Below are positions 38,925 to 52,380 of a stretch of DNA of 64,000 nucleotides, in pieces (within the stretch, counting starts at the first letter, position 1; each line of letters starts with the position of its first letter). The position numbers and the translations under genes were made by a program. This DNA comes from Octopus sinensis. Its lineage: Eukaryota. Under the pieces are notes generated by a model, which worked only from the letters and a program-made list of their open reading frames with translations, searched no databases and was not told the DNA's origin. The stretch covers positions 50,592,001-50,656,000 of the forward strand of contig NC_043013.1 in the NCBI RefSeq assembly GCF_006345805.1, read 5' to 3'.

Positions 38925-39460
38925 ATGTTGGGCAATATGTTGTGCTTGAGAAGTCGTGTTGAGTCAAATGAAATTGTTGTTGTGGCCGATGCCAGTACCA
39001 CCTGACTGATACCCATACTGGTGGCGCATGAAAAGCACCGAGTGTGGTCAATGCCAGTACCACCTGACTGGCACCCATACTGGTGGCACATAAAAAGCAC
39101 CATTTGAGTATGACATGTGCCAGTACCACCTGACTGGTGGCATGTAAAAAGCACCATTCAAGGGTGGTTGATGCTAGTGCCGCCTGACTAGCTCCCATGC
39201 TGGTGGCATGTAAAAAGCACCATTTGAGTCTGGTTGATGCCAGTGCCACGTGACTGGCCCCTGTGCCAGTGGCATGTAAAAAGCACCCACTACACTCTTG
39301 GAGTGCTGGCATTAAGAAAGGCATCTAGTTGTAGAAATCTTGCCAGAACAGGTTGGAGCCTGGTGCTGCTTCCTGGCTTGCCAGTCCTCAGTCAAATCAT
39401 CCAACCCATGCCAGCATGGAAAGCAGATGTTAAGCGATGATGATGATGGTGAAGATGATG
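38925..39460 (+). mobile_element. RTE LINE 3' end with five internal ~60-bp modules
   Basis: GCAATATGTTGTGCTTGAGAAG ORF end; modules start at 38991, 39053, 39119, 39173, 39239; (GAT)n tail. Confidence 0.8.
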
Positions 39461-40874
39461 ACTCTCTATGAAGTGGTTAATGATAGGAAGGGCATCCAAC
39501 CATAGAAACCTGCCAAAGCAGACACTGGTGTTTGGTACAAGTTCCCTGAGCTCACATTGACCCAGCCAACCCATGCCAGCATGGAAAATGGAAATTAAAT
39601 GATGCTGGTGATGATGCACATCGATTCAAACTCCTCACAGACACACACACAAATATATCATCACCATCATTATCATTTTACAGCTATTTTTCCATGCTGG
39701 CATGATTCGGATGAGTAGTCATGGTCCATTTGAGTTCACCTGAGTAACTGCCCTCCTGCTAGATATGTTGGAGATGACAACATGTGACCTGTAGTTTGGG
39801 CAGAGGTTCTCAGCTGGGGTCCCCATGACTTTTGGGGTCGATATTAGATTTTGTTGTTAAAATTTGTGTGCAATAAACTGGTTACACTTTTATGATACAA
39901 AACATTCTTTTATTCTTTTACTTGTTCAAGGCAGCGAGCTGGCAGAACTGTTAGCACACCGGGTGAAATGCTTAGTGGTATTATGTCTGCCGTTATGTTC
40001 TGAGTTCAAATTCCACTGAGGTCGTCTTTGCCTTTCATCCTTTCGGGGTCGATAAATTAAGTACCAGTTACGCAATAGGGTCGATGTAATCCACTTAATC
40101 CGTTTGTCCTTGTTTGTCTCCTCTATGTTTAACCCCTTGTGGGTAATAAAGAAATAGGTATTATGTCTGTCTTTATGTTCTGAGTTCAAATGCTGCCAAG
40201 GTTTTGCCTTTCATTCTTTCGGGGTTGATAAATTAAGTACCAGTTGCATACTGGGGTTGATCTAATGACTGGACCCCGCCCCCCAAAATTTGAAGCCTTG
40301 TGCCTAGAGTAGAAAAGATTCTTTTACTTGTTTCAGTCATTCAACTGCGCCCATGCTGGAGCACTGCCTTTACTTGAACAAATCAACTGCAAGACATTCT
40401 TTCTGCAGGACTTATTCTATTGGTTTCTTTTGCCGAACCACTAAGTTATGGGGATGTAAACACACCAACATTGGTTGTCACGCAATGGTGGAGCGAAGGA
40501 CACACAAACATATACATATTTACATATATATATATATATATTGGCATTTCTTTTTTTCTTTTTTAGTCCTGAATTACCCCCAGGAAAGGCCATAGGCCAT
40601 AAAGAAAGGAAGTCGCGTTATTGACACCAAAGCTCTTTATGTACTTTCTTATGTAGGGACAGGCAAATAAAAATAGGGAATGAAATAACTGGTAATAGAT
40701 TTTGAATGAAATACGCTGAGGTTAAAATGAAAGAGTTGATGGCAATAAAATAGGGCGAACAAGATGCGGATGAAAGAGCTAATAAAATGAAATAAAAATG
40801 TGATGGTGATAAATGGGACAATAAAAAAGGGTTTAAGTGAAGGAAACTGTTAACACTATGTAACATTAAGGGAT

Positions 40875-40920
<46 letters not shown>

Positions 40921-41529
40921 TATGTTAGATGTCAGTGATATAGAGAAAATAATGAGGGAGAGTGAGAGAGTAATAGTTAATAAAGGTTGGTAGTTGTAAG
41001 GGGAGTGAATATGGACAGATGTAGTGTGGTTCTTTCCTACACAGGTGCTGCAGTCATGACAGAAAAGGGGACAAGTGATAGACGAGGGGAGATAAGCGAT
41101 AGAGATGAGGTGACTTATAGGTGAGAGTGTGTGATGAGGTCAGAGAGCAAATCCTACCCCAACCTCTTTCAGTTGCCTTTTAGGACACACAGACACACAA
41201 ACGAAATGTTGGGTCTATTGTTTGGCATACCTGTCCCCTTCCAGCATATTACTATTAAAATACAGGAAACATTCATCAGCATTGTCATTATCATCATTTA
41301 ACGTCCATTGTCCATGCTGGCATGGGTTGGACGGTTTGTTTGGGCTAGCACACTGGAAGGCTGCACAAGACCCCAGTCTGATTTGGCATGGGTTTCTACA
41401 GCTGGTTGCCCTTCCTAATGCCAACCACTCCAAGAGTGTAACGGGTGCTTTTTTAAAAATATCTAATGTCAGATAGGTCAGCATCGAATCAACAATACCA
41501 TACAACTGGTGCTGAAACAGCTGTATCAA

Positions 41530-41630
41530 AATACCGCATACCTAAAAGGCATTATACAAGCTGCCCTTCACTCTGAAAGAGAAACCCTTTGTTACCAGCA
41601 GAGAGAATAACTCCCTGAATTTCTTTTTCA
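41530..41630 (-). mobile_element. RTE LINE internal fragment
   Basis: KKFRELFSLLVTKGFSFRVKGSLYNA resembles the RTE post-RT segment (KFRELLPLL...VKGRLY). Confidence 0.6.
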
Positions 41631-41671
41631 CTTTATTCTTACTTTTTTCTTACTGCTAATTAGGTTACCTA

Positions 41672-41770
41672 GGTATCTGATAGTATCCAGATGGCATCTG
41701 ATGGTACCCAGAGGGTATCTGATGGTACCCAGAGGGTATCTGATGGTACTCAGAGGGTATCTGATGGTAG
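41672..41770. repeat. 21-bp minisatellite GGGTATCTGATGGTACCCAGA, about 4.7 copies
   Basis: Seen directly. Confidence 0.9.
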
Positions 41771-42469
41771 GGAGTTTGTTAATATAATTTGACAATCCAC
41801 ATTTTAAACCATTCCTAAGAGAGCTTTGCGAGCTTTTATTTCATATGAGGACCCATGCGCGAGATACTTCACATTAGGATTAAACCTGGAACCATTTGAA
41901 TGCAAAGGAGACATTTTAACCAGCCGTAGTTGCACCCTATAAATTGCACAAATGAAGATAAAACTGCATGCTAAGGTACTTGGTAGAACACACCCTTATC
42001 TCTTACTTGTTTCAGTCATCAGACTATGGCCATGCTGGGGCACCACCTCGAAGAAATTTTTGAATCAACCCCTGCGCTTGTTTTTTTGCAAGTTTGGTCC
42101 TTATTCTGTCAGGGTTTTTTTGCTGAACCATCGAGTTTCGGAGATGAAAATACATCAACAGCATTGTCAAGCGGTGATGGGGGACAAACACAGACTCAAA
42201 GACACACACACACACACACACGTGTGCATGCATGATGGGCTTCTTTCAGTTTCCGTTTGCTAAATCCACTCGCAAGGCTTTCGTCGGCCCGAGGCTGTAG
42301 TAGAAGACACTTGCTCAAGGTGCCATGCAGTGGGACTGAACTTGGATCCATGTGGTTAGGAATTGAACTTCTTACCACACAGCCACGCCTACACCTATAC
42401 CCCAGATTGAGAAATAACTCTCCTGCCCCTCAAAATGTCCTACTTTTAGGACACCCCCTTTATCACATA

Positions 42470-43185
42470 CACATATGTGTGCATTGATATCTGTGTGTGC
42501 GTGTTGTGTGTGTGTGTGGATATGTGTGTAAGTGTTTATGTGAGTGTGGATGTGTGTGTAAGTGTTTATGTGAGTGTGGATGTGTGTGTAAGTGTTTATG
42601 TGAGTGTGGATGTGTGTGTTGTGTGTGCGTGTGTTGTGTGTTTGTGTAAGTGTATATATGAGTGTGGATGTGTGTGCGTGCTTAAGCAAGTGTATATATA
42701 AGTGTGTTTGTGTGTGTGTGTGTGTTTGTGTGTTGTGTGTGTAAGTATGTGTATATATGAGTGTGGATGTGTGTGTGTAAGCAAGTGTATATATGAGTGT
42801 GGATGTGTGTGTTTGTGTGTGTGTGTGTAAGTGTATATATGTGTGTGGATGTGTGTGTGTGTAAGCAAGTGGATGGATGTGTGTGTGTAAGTGTGTATAT
42901 ATATGTGTGTGGATGTGTGTGTGTGTGTGTAAACAAGTGGATGGATGTGTGTGTGTAAGTGTGTGCGTATGTAAGTGTATATGTGTGTGGATGTGTGTGT
43001 GTGTGTGTAAACAAGTGGATGCATGTGTGTGTGTAAGTGTGTGTAAGTGTATATGTGTGTGGATGTGTGTAAATGTATATATGTGTGTGAAGGTGTGCGC
43101 AAGAGCGTATCTGTGTGTGAGTTTGTGTATAAGCATGTTGCATGTCTACGTGTGTGTACATGAGCGTGTGTGTGTGTGTTTGCTT
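42470..43185. repeat. (TG)n-derived compound minisatellite
   Basis: Recurring GTGTGGATGTGTGTGTAAGT units. Confidence 0.9.
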
Positions 43186-43414
43186 ATAAAACATTTAAAG
43201 AATATGTAAAATATTTCAAACAAATATTTGTCTGGCAGATGGCATCAAACTGAAGATATCACACAGGCCTTGTGATATCTTCTTCCCTCCTCCACTCCCC
43301 CTCTCTCTCCCCCTACACACCTCCCTACATGTCACACATAACAGAATTTTGGATGATCTAAAGAACTACAAAACTGGTTCAGAATTGAAAAACACAAATA
43401 TATTTTTCTTTGCT

Positions 43415-43471
43415 TATTATTATCATTATTATCATTATTATTATTATCATTATTATTATTTATTATTATTA

Positions 43472-43508
<37 letters not shown>

Positions 43509-43691
43509 TACTATTATTATTATTATTACTATTATTATATTATTATATTATTATCATTATATTATTATCATTATTATTATTATTATTATCATCATCATTA
43601 TTATTATTATTATCATCATTATTTTACTATTATTATCATTATATTATTATTATTATTATCATCATCATCATCATCATCATTATTATTATTA

Positions 43692-43724
<33 letters not shown>

Positions 43725-43828
43725 TACTATTATTATTATTATTATTACTATTATTATTATTAGCATTATTATTATTATTACTATTATTATTATTATTATC
43801 ATCATTATTATTATTATTATTATCATCA

Positions 43829-43874
<46 letters not shown>

Positions 43875-43959
43875 TATTATCATTATTATTATTATTATTA
43901 TCATCATCATCATCATCATCATCATTATTATTATTATTATCATTATTATTATTATTATT

Positions 43960-43992
<33 letters not shown>

Positions 43993-44258
43993 TACCATTA
44001 CTATTATTATTATTATTACTATTATTATATTATATCATCATTATTATATTATTATTATTATCATTATTATTATTATTATCATCATTATTATCACTATTAT
44101 TATCATTATTATTATTATTATTACATTATTATTATTATTATTATTATCATTATTATTATTATTATTATCATTATTATTATTATTATTATTATTACCATTA
44201 CTATTATTATTATTATTATTACTATTATTATTATTATTAGCATTATTATTATTATTAC

Positions 44259-44303
<45 letters not shown>

Positions 44304-44520
44304 CATCATTATTATCATTATTATTATCATCATTATTATTATTATTATTATTATTATCATTATTATTATTATTATCATCATTATTATTACTATTATTATC
44401 ATTATTATTATTATTATTATCATCATCATCATCATCATCATTATTATTATTATTATTATTATCATTATTATTGTTATTATTATATTATCATCATCATTAT
44501 TATTTATTATTATCATCATT
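43415..44520. repeat. 1.1-kb (ATT)n/(ATC)n microsatellite
   Basis: Seen directly; source of the spurious 438-aa poly-Leu ORF. Confidence 0.95.
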
Positions 44521-46184
44521 GATACTGCTGCTGCCGCTGCTGGTGATTCTGTACAAGATTAAAAGTGAATCTATAATGAATTTGTGCGGAACCTGTATTG
44601 CACAAAAAAATATAAAAATTCTTGTCAATCTCTTATTTATGTTGACACAGATGCTGAAGAATTAAACAGAATAGTATAGCAGTAGGAATTGGTATTTTCA
44701 TCAATTGTTTTGGCCATGGTTCTTTCGTGAAAGGACAAACCTGGCCAAGCAGACCTAAAACTGTTTTCCCACCGGACTCCAAGATTTGGTCAGCCTGGGG
44801 CTAGCTAGAGGAAGAGACGCCTGCCCAAGGTACCATCTAATGGGGTTGAACCTGGAACCATATGGTTGAGAAGCAAACTTCTTACCATACAGCCGTGACT
44901 ACGTCTATGTTCCATACCTATGTTTAATTTTATTACTGTTTTTCTTATTTATGCTGTGCCTTGGTGTCGAATCGATATCGTTTAATTAACGAGAAGTTGT
45001 CAGAAGCACATATATTAGCAAATTAGGCTATCCACCATGGTGCTAACTTAATTTAGGACTGCTTTATACAGAAGCTGATTTATGCTGATTGGCCAAGGAG
45101 GTCAGGTACATCTGTGATGAGGGCTGGTCAACAACCCTATGAAACAGTCCATCAAAAGACTTTCTATCTTTCTTTCTTTCTTTCTTTCTTTCCTTTTTTC
45201 TTTTTTTCTTTTTCTTTCTTTTCTTTTCTTTCTTCCTTTCTTTTTTCCTTTTCCATTCTTTCTTCTCTTTCTTTCTTTCCTTCCTTCTGTTGTTCTTTCA
45301 TTCTTAATTTCATTCCCTCTTTCGTTCTTTCTTTTGTTCTTTCTTTGATTCCTTTGTTCGTTGTTTCTTTCGTTATTTCTTTCATTCTTTCTTTCGTTAC
45401 TTTCCTTTTTTTTTTCCTTTCACTCTTTCTCTCCTCCTTTCTTTCTTTCTGCACATCAATAGACTTTTAGTGAAATTGGGGAGAAAGAAACTATAAGGAA
45501 CCTTGTCAGACAGTTTGCACTTGATTCCGTTTCTGAGATAAGCATTAAGGGTTATTGTGGTTTTGGAATACTCAGCCAATGGCATGCTAATTTAATTATC
45601 AGGTAGCTTAATTGATTGGACAATTAAGTATTCATTACTGAAATCAACCAGAGACTTACTAGTATTAGTAGCAGTGGTAGTAGTAGTAGTAGACAAGGTA
45701 GTGGTGATGGTGGTAGTATTAGTAGCAGTGGTGATAATAGTAGTGGTGGCAGTGTGGTAATAGTGGTAGTGGTGGTGTTGGTAGTAGTTGTACTGATGGT
45801 GGTGGTGTAATGTTGGTAGTAGTATTAGTAGTAGCAGTAGTAGTAGCAGCGGCAGCAGTAGATTATTTTCCAGCGATTAACAATAAACAAAATTTCATAG
45901 AACATAACAACACTTACACTCCATATGGACTTAGGCGCTGCTAATGACCATTTTAACTTCATTAAAAATAATATTAAATGCAAAAAAAAAAAACAAAACA
46001 AAACTAAACAAAATAATAAAAAATGAAAATAAAATTAGAAAAAAAATAATTAAAATTGATTGGTTGAACAGAATTTATTCATCATCCTGGGCTTTTTCAA
46101 AGGAAAAAAAAAAAGTTAGAATATTGCTAACAGGGAAAAAAAAAGTGTATTTTTTGTTTTTTATCTTTATTTAGTTTATATATA

Positions 46185-46247
<63 letters not shown>

Positions 46248-46721
46248 TATATTGTTTTTTTGTTTTGTTTTAATTTGTGCCTGACACTCCTTTCATACAA
46301 TTTAATGATCTGCAATGATATACATACACACATGCATGCATACATACATACATGCACGTATACATGTGTGTATGTATGTATACACACCTACACATATCCA
46401 AATATACACATACGTACTCACATATACAGACAAACCTATATATATATATATAACCATATATGCATGTATATATACATATATATGTAGGTATGTACATATA
46501 TGTATGCATTTATGCATATATTCATATATTATTTATATTATTATATATATATATATCATCATCATCATCATCATCGTTTAACGTCCGTTTTCCATGCTAG
46601 CACGATATATATATATGTATACACACATACATATACACACATGTGGGTATATACGTATACATACATAAACGAAACAAAATACTACATACACATACATATA
46701 TACCTATATATATATACATAT

Positions 46722-46752
<31 letters not shown>

Positions 46753-46875
46753 CATACATGTACACATATGTACATACGTACATACATATATGTATATATA
46801 CATACACACACGTGGGTATATATATATGAACAACTGTAAACACCTGATATACATCTACATACATAAATGCATGCA

Positions 46876-46913
<38 letters not shown>

Positions 46914-47366
46914 TGCCTGGGTGTATCAAGTAAATTTCTATTATTTATTCAAAGAAATACATTTAAGAATGTGTTCCTAATTTGCTCTCTTGCAGGAATC
47001 GTGTACTTGACATTTCTGATTGAAGAAATCTGTTGTTCCAAAATTGGTGTTGTTCCGTCTGAAACTGTTTATCTTGTCTCTAAGGATGACAGCAAAGCAA
47101 AACAAACATTCCTTCACTCACATTCTTCCTTTCATTTGTGTTTCTGTTGAAAATACTTTTGACGATATACATATATATATGTGTGTGTATATATATATAT
47201 ACATCTATACACACACAAACATATACATATACATACATTATATATATATGTAAGTATATGTATGTATGCATGTATGGATATATATACATATATATATATA
47301 TATATGTGTATGGATATATGAATATATATATATATGTATGTATGGATATATATGTATGTACTGATA

Positions 47367-47406
<40 letters not shown>

Positions 47407-47497
47407 TGATATATATATATGTCTGTATGTGTATATATATATTTATGTGTGTGTATGTGTATGGATATACATGTATGCGTGGGAGTGTGTGTATGTG

Positions 47498-47541
<44 letters not shown>

Positions 47542-47679
47542 TATCTACATGCACACACACACACACACATATATGTTTATGTATCTATGTATGTTTATAT
47601 ATGTAAATATTTATTTGTGTGTGTCCAACCCATGCCAGTATGGAACATTGGCATTAAACAATGAGGATGTGTGTGTGTA

Positions 47680-47733
<54 letters not shown>

Positions 47734-48003
47734 GATATGTTTGCATGTACGTTGTGTATGTATGTTTATGTATGTATGTATGTATAAATATGTATGTATG
47801 TATAGATATATGTATGTATGTATATATGTGTATGTATGTGTGTGTGTGTGTATGCATATATATATTTATCTAAGTGTGTATGTGTGCCCTATCTGAAGCT
47901 AATCAGGGAGTTGTATTTATTTATTTTTGTGGGATGGAGAAGGGTTCGGTTATTTTGTGTATGTGTGTGCATGTGTACACACATGCGTTTCTGTCCCTAT
48001 TTG

Positions 48004-48037
<34 letters not shown>

Positions 48038-48294
48038 GGATTTTTGTCTTTCTTTTTCATTTTCTTGCAATGTCTAAAACTATATTTACAGATCATTCTC
48101 TTGATAATGACCTTCGCTAAGACAATATCTGTTGATCATTACTGCCGGAAGTGTGTGTAACAAAACTGTTTTCTTTAGGATATTTCTCAATATCTTGGCT
48201 GGGAAGAATTTAACCAAGAAATAGACGTTTTGAATTGGTGTTTCCTTTCTTCTAGTATCATGAGGATGATGCTCATCATCATCATTGCATTTTG

Positions 48295-48937
48295 CGATTG
48301 TGTGGCCGATGACAGTACCGTCTGATTGGCAGTCGTGCCAGTGGAAAGCACACCTGAATTTTGGGTGTAACCGGCCCACTTATGAGTACCCCTCATTCAC
48401 TGGACAATGAACTTTGCTTGCGAAAACCTATTAAGGCAAGTGTAAACAAATCAAAATCACTGACCTGGCCGATAACAGTACCACCTGATTGGCACTTGTG
48501 CCATTGGAGTGTTAAAAGCACATCTGAGTGTGATCGTTGCCAGGGCCATGGATTGGCTCCTGTGCCAGTGACACATGAAAAGCATCATTCAAGTGTGATT
48601 GTTGCCAGCGTTGCCACGGTAGCACGTGAAAAACAACATTCAAGTGTGGTCATTACCAGTGCCACCGGACTGGCTCCTGTGTAGTTGGCATGTAAAAACA
48701 CCTTTTGAGCGTGGTCATTGCCAGAACCGCCTAACTGGCCCTCGTGCCAGTGGCATGTAAAAGCACCCACTACACTCTCAGAGTGGTTGGCATTAGGAAG
48801 GGCCTCCGGCTGTAGAAACTTTGCCAGATCAGATTGAGCCTGGTGCAGCCCTCTGGCTTACCAGTCCTTAGTCAAACCATCCAACCCATGCCAGCATGGA
48901 AAGCGGACGTTAAACAATGCTGATAATGATGATGATG
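48295..48937 (+). mobile_element. RTE LINE 3' UTR, long form
   Basis: 48360-48445 matches the reverse complement of ~8045-8130, followed by modules and a (GAT)n tail. Confidence 0.8.
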
Positions 48938-49089
48938 TTCCATACTGGCATGGGTTTGACAAGGATTTAATGTGTTTTGAGACGGAATTCGGTGCCACTA
49001 CCTACTTTGGCATGGTTTCTATGGCTTGATGTCTTTTCTTGATGTGCAACAGTAGAGTCAGTCTTTTTATACAGAACAACAGCCTGGAT

Positions 49090-49430
49090 GCTTGCCAAAA
49101 TAACTGGAATCCAAACAAGATGGAATTTACACATGAATCTTAAGAACAGTCTTAAACATATTTTGGAGAACTCATCCTGCCAAGAAACAGCTGTATGGAG
49201 ATTTCCTCCTTGTTTCCACTCTTATAAGGGAAAGGCACTTGTGCATTGTGGGACATTGCTGGTGAGCTAAACAAGAACTGGCAAGTGACCTATTGATATT
49301 AATGCCAAAGAATGGCTGTACACGAGCAGGTTACCTCAACACAACATATGTAGAGGAACTCACCAGAGAAACTGGATTCTTGAGACCATGATCTACCAAA
49401 CAGCTATAAAAGACAAGGTTAGTTTAGAAA
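49090..49430 (+). mobile_element. Old LINE fragment of a second RTE-like family
   Basis: DGIYT*ILRTVLNIFWRTHPAKKQLYGDFLLVSTLIRERHLCIVGHCW*AKQELASDLLILMPKNGCTRAG resembles LDGxYTRMLRxxLNISWxxHxT...RRLRFAGHCWR. Confidence 0.75.
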
Positions 49431-50948
49431 AGCTTTATCTCCACAAAAAGCATTAATACTTATGTGAACATGGTTCAGCCAATCAGATTGGCATGTGTAT
49501 AACTAAGTGAAGTGAAATTTCTCCTGCCAAATACTCTGGTTGAATTTTCTAGAAGTTCTATGGAATGTTATAAAAGCTGGGATTTTGAGTTCCTAAGCAA
49601 AACTACCTTGGGCACTACACAGAATTCTGTTTGTCAGTTTTGTCATAGGTGTTCTCACTTTTTTCTGCTTTCTCTGTCATTAATAACCATGAACAGTTTT
49701 CATAAAAATTCTTCAAGGCATTGCCTCAGCATGGCCACAGTCTAGTGATTGAAGCAAGTGAAAGATAAATGACAAATGATTCCAAGTTCTGCTTCTGCCT
49801 TAATGAATTCTACCACTCAATACCAATGCTGAGTTGTACTTTGGCTTTGTTGATAAAGCAAGGAAATAAACACCTTGTGGTATCTGCTTTGACCCAGTGT
49901 ATCCTGAGATCAAATCCAACCTTCTTTCACTGGCAATAAATAGTGATAGGCTTGGGAAGTCCTTCGCCATTTTGTTACCATACATCTGTCAAAATACACT
50001 GCTTTTATTTCAATTAATTAATTTCAAATAATTAATGGGCAAGTGTCTTCTACTATAGCCTCGGGCTGACCAAGGCGTTGTGAGTGGATTTGGTAGATGG
50101 AAACTGAAAGAAGCCTGTCGTGTATATATATATATGTGTGTGTGTGTGTGTTTGTATGTATTTATATATTTATGTGTGTGTGTGTCTTTGTATCTGTGTT
50201 TGTCTCCCCACCTTCACTTGACAACTGATGTTGGTGTGTTTATGTTCCCAAAATTTAGCGGTTACGCAAAAGAGACCGATAGCTCTAGGCTTACAAAGAA
50301 TAAGTCCTGGGGTCGATTTCTTCGCCTAAAGGCTGTGCTCCAGCATGGCCACAGTCAAATGACTGAAACGTGGAAAAATAGTAAAAGAGATACTAAACTG
50401 GTGTTCTGAACACAGAATCAAAAAGAAACTTTGGTAAAAGGTTTTAACACTTTTGGTATGATAATTCTGTAGACATACACTGCCTTTGTTTCAGTATTGG
50501 AAATAATGAAGAATTTACCAAAGTAACTTAGTCATTATGAAGCTGGTGTTTGGAACATTAATTAACATACAATTTTGATGAATGGTTTTAATTTAGATCA
50601 CATTAACACTTTTGTTAGAATATCTCTTTTGAAATATACTGCTTTTGTCTCAATCTATTTTGGAAATAAGGCAGAATTTTAAGGAAATAACTTTACCGTT
50701 ATTAAGCCGGTGCTTGGAACATAAAATAAACATCAAATTTTGAAGAAAGGTTTTGACTTAAATCACTTTAACCATTTTGTTACAATATTCCTGTTGAATT
50801 ACACTGCTTTTGGTTGGATTAACTTTGAAAAGACTCTGGTAAAGTAACTTTGTTTATTATTAATCCAATGTTTGGAACATAAATTATCAAGAAATTTTTA
50901 TGGCAGTGTTATTTGCTCACTTTAATCCTTTTGTTGAAATACATTGCT

Positions 50949-51345
50949 TGTGGAGTAAAGATTATTTGCCAACATAATATGGCAGTCCTCGTTTAGGACG
51001 AATGTTGCTGTGATTTAGCCCCAGGAGACATCATCTCCAGCTCGCCATACGTCACAATCTGTGTCCTTATATTTTCTAAGGGAATGTAGTACCCCCACTC
51101 AGCTCAAAAACAATATCTGTGTATCGCAATTATTCTGTGCTGATGAAGGGAAATAACCCGGAAATCACAATACACAGATATTGTTTTGAGCTGAGTTGGG
51201 GTGCTAGATTCCCTTGTTCAAAAATATAAGGACGGATCGTGTTGTATAGCCAGCTGGAGATGATGTCTCCTTGGGCTAAATTACAGCAACATTTGTCCTA
51301 AACCAGGACTGACATGTTATGTTGGCAAATAATCTTTACTCCACA
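50949..51345. repeat. ~400-bp fold-back (arms ~175 bp) with a hammerhead-type core in the loop; probable Penelope-derived insert extending to ~51400
   Basis: TGTGGAGTAAAGATTATTTGCCAACATAA ... TTATGTTGGCAAATAATCTTTACTCCACA; loop contains CTGATGAAGGGAAATAACCCGGAAA (51140-51164). Confidence 0.85.
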
Positions 51346-51503
51346 CTACTGTTTCTGAATATCTCTTGGTGTGACATTTACAAATAGTAATTTTCTATGT
51401 TGTTTTTGTTTCAATTAATTCCAGAAATATTGAAGAATTTATTAAAATAACCTCGCTGAAAATTTTCATGGAAGGTTCATTGTAACCATTTTGTTACCAC
51501 AGT

Positions 51504-51885
51504 GGAGGCGCAATGGCCCAGTGGTTAGGGCAGCGGACTCGCGGTCATAGGATCGCGGTTTCGATTCCCAGACCGGGTGTTGTGAGTGTTTATTGAGCGA
51601 AAACACCTAAAAGCTCCACGAGGCTCCGGCAGGGGATGGTGGTGATCCCTACTGTACTCTTTCACCACAACTTTCTCTCACTCTTACTTCCTGTTTCTGT
51701 TGTACCTGTATTTCAAGGGGCCGGCTTTGTCACTCTCTGTATCACGCTGAATATCCCCGAGAACTATGTTAAGGGTACACGTGTCTGTGGAGTGCTCAGC
51801 CACTTACACGTTAATTTCACGAGCAGGCTGTTCCGTTGATTCGGATCAACCGGAACCCTCATCGTCGTAACCGACGGAGTGCTTC
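51504..51885 (+). mobile_element. Well-preserved tRNA(Arg)-like-headed SINE
   Basis: A box TGGCCCAGTGG (51514-51524), B box GGTTTCGATTCCC (51557-51569), CpGs retained, imperfect flanking direct repeat CCATTT(T)GTTAC. Confidence 0.85.
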
Positions 51886-52141
51886 CATTTGTTACAACAT
51901 TTCTGTTGAAAAACACTGCTTTTGGTTGATTTAACTTTGAAAATAATGAAGAATTTAGTAAAATAAGCTTGCCATCATTAGGCAGGTGTTTGGAACCTGT
52001 TTCCATGAAATTTTGACACAAAGTTTTAATTTGGATTTCTTTGAAACAAGAAGCTTTTCTCATTGAACCAGGGTTAATCTCAGGCAGGTTGGACCTGGTA
52101 TTTCAAATGATTGCTCTCTATGTCAGCTCACCAGATGGCAC

Positions 52142-52380
52142 AAGAGACTGTTAGGGGTACTTAAAGAGACTGTTAGGGGTACTTAAAGAGACTGCTAGGG
52201 GTACTTAAAGAGACTGTTAAGGGTACTTAAAGAGACTGCTAGGGGTACTTAAAGAGACTGCTAGGGGTACTTAAAGAGACTGCTAGGGGTACTTAAAGAG
52301 ACTGCTAGGGGTACTTAAAGAGACTGTTAGGGGTACTTAAAGAGACTGCTAGGGTACTTAAAGAGACTGCTTGGGGTACT
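52142..52380. repeat. 22-bp minisatellite AAGAGACTG(T/C)TAGGGGTACTTA, about 11 copies
   Basis: Seen directly; no spacers between units. Confidence 0.95.

Larger units (their letters stand above)
49965..52105 (+). repeat. ~160-bp tandem array related to the TTAA MITE, interrupted by three insertions
   Basis: Units start near 49965, 50444, 50603, 50768, 50922, 51482 and share GAAGAATTTAGTAAAATAAC / GGTGTTTGGAACATAAATT with the MITE body. Confidence 0.75.

Noticed and set aside
43349-44665. 438-aa Leu/Ile/Tyr-rich ORF
   Set aside because: Translation of an (ATT)n microsatellite; no coding signal.
51504-51575. Possible tRNA gene
   Set aside because: A and B boxes present but no proper acceptor stem or poly-T terminator; continues into a SINE body also seen at 1223-1402.
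52142-52380. CRISPR-like regular repeat
   Set aside because: Head-to-tail units with no unique spacers, no cas genes, eukaryotic context.
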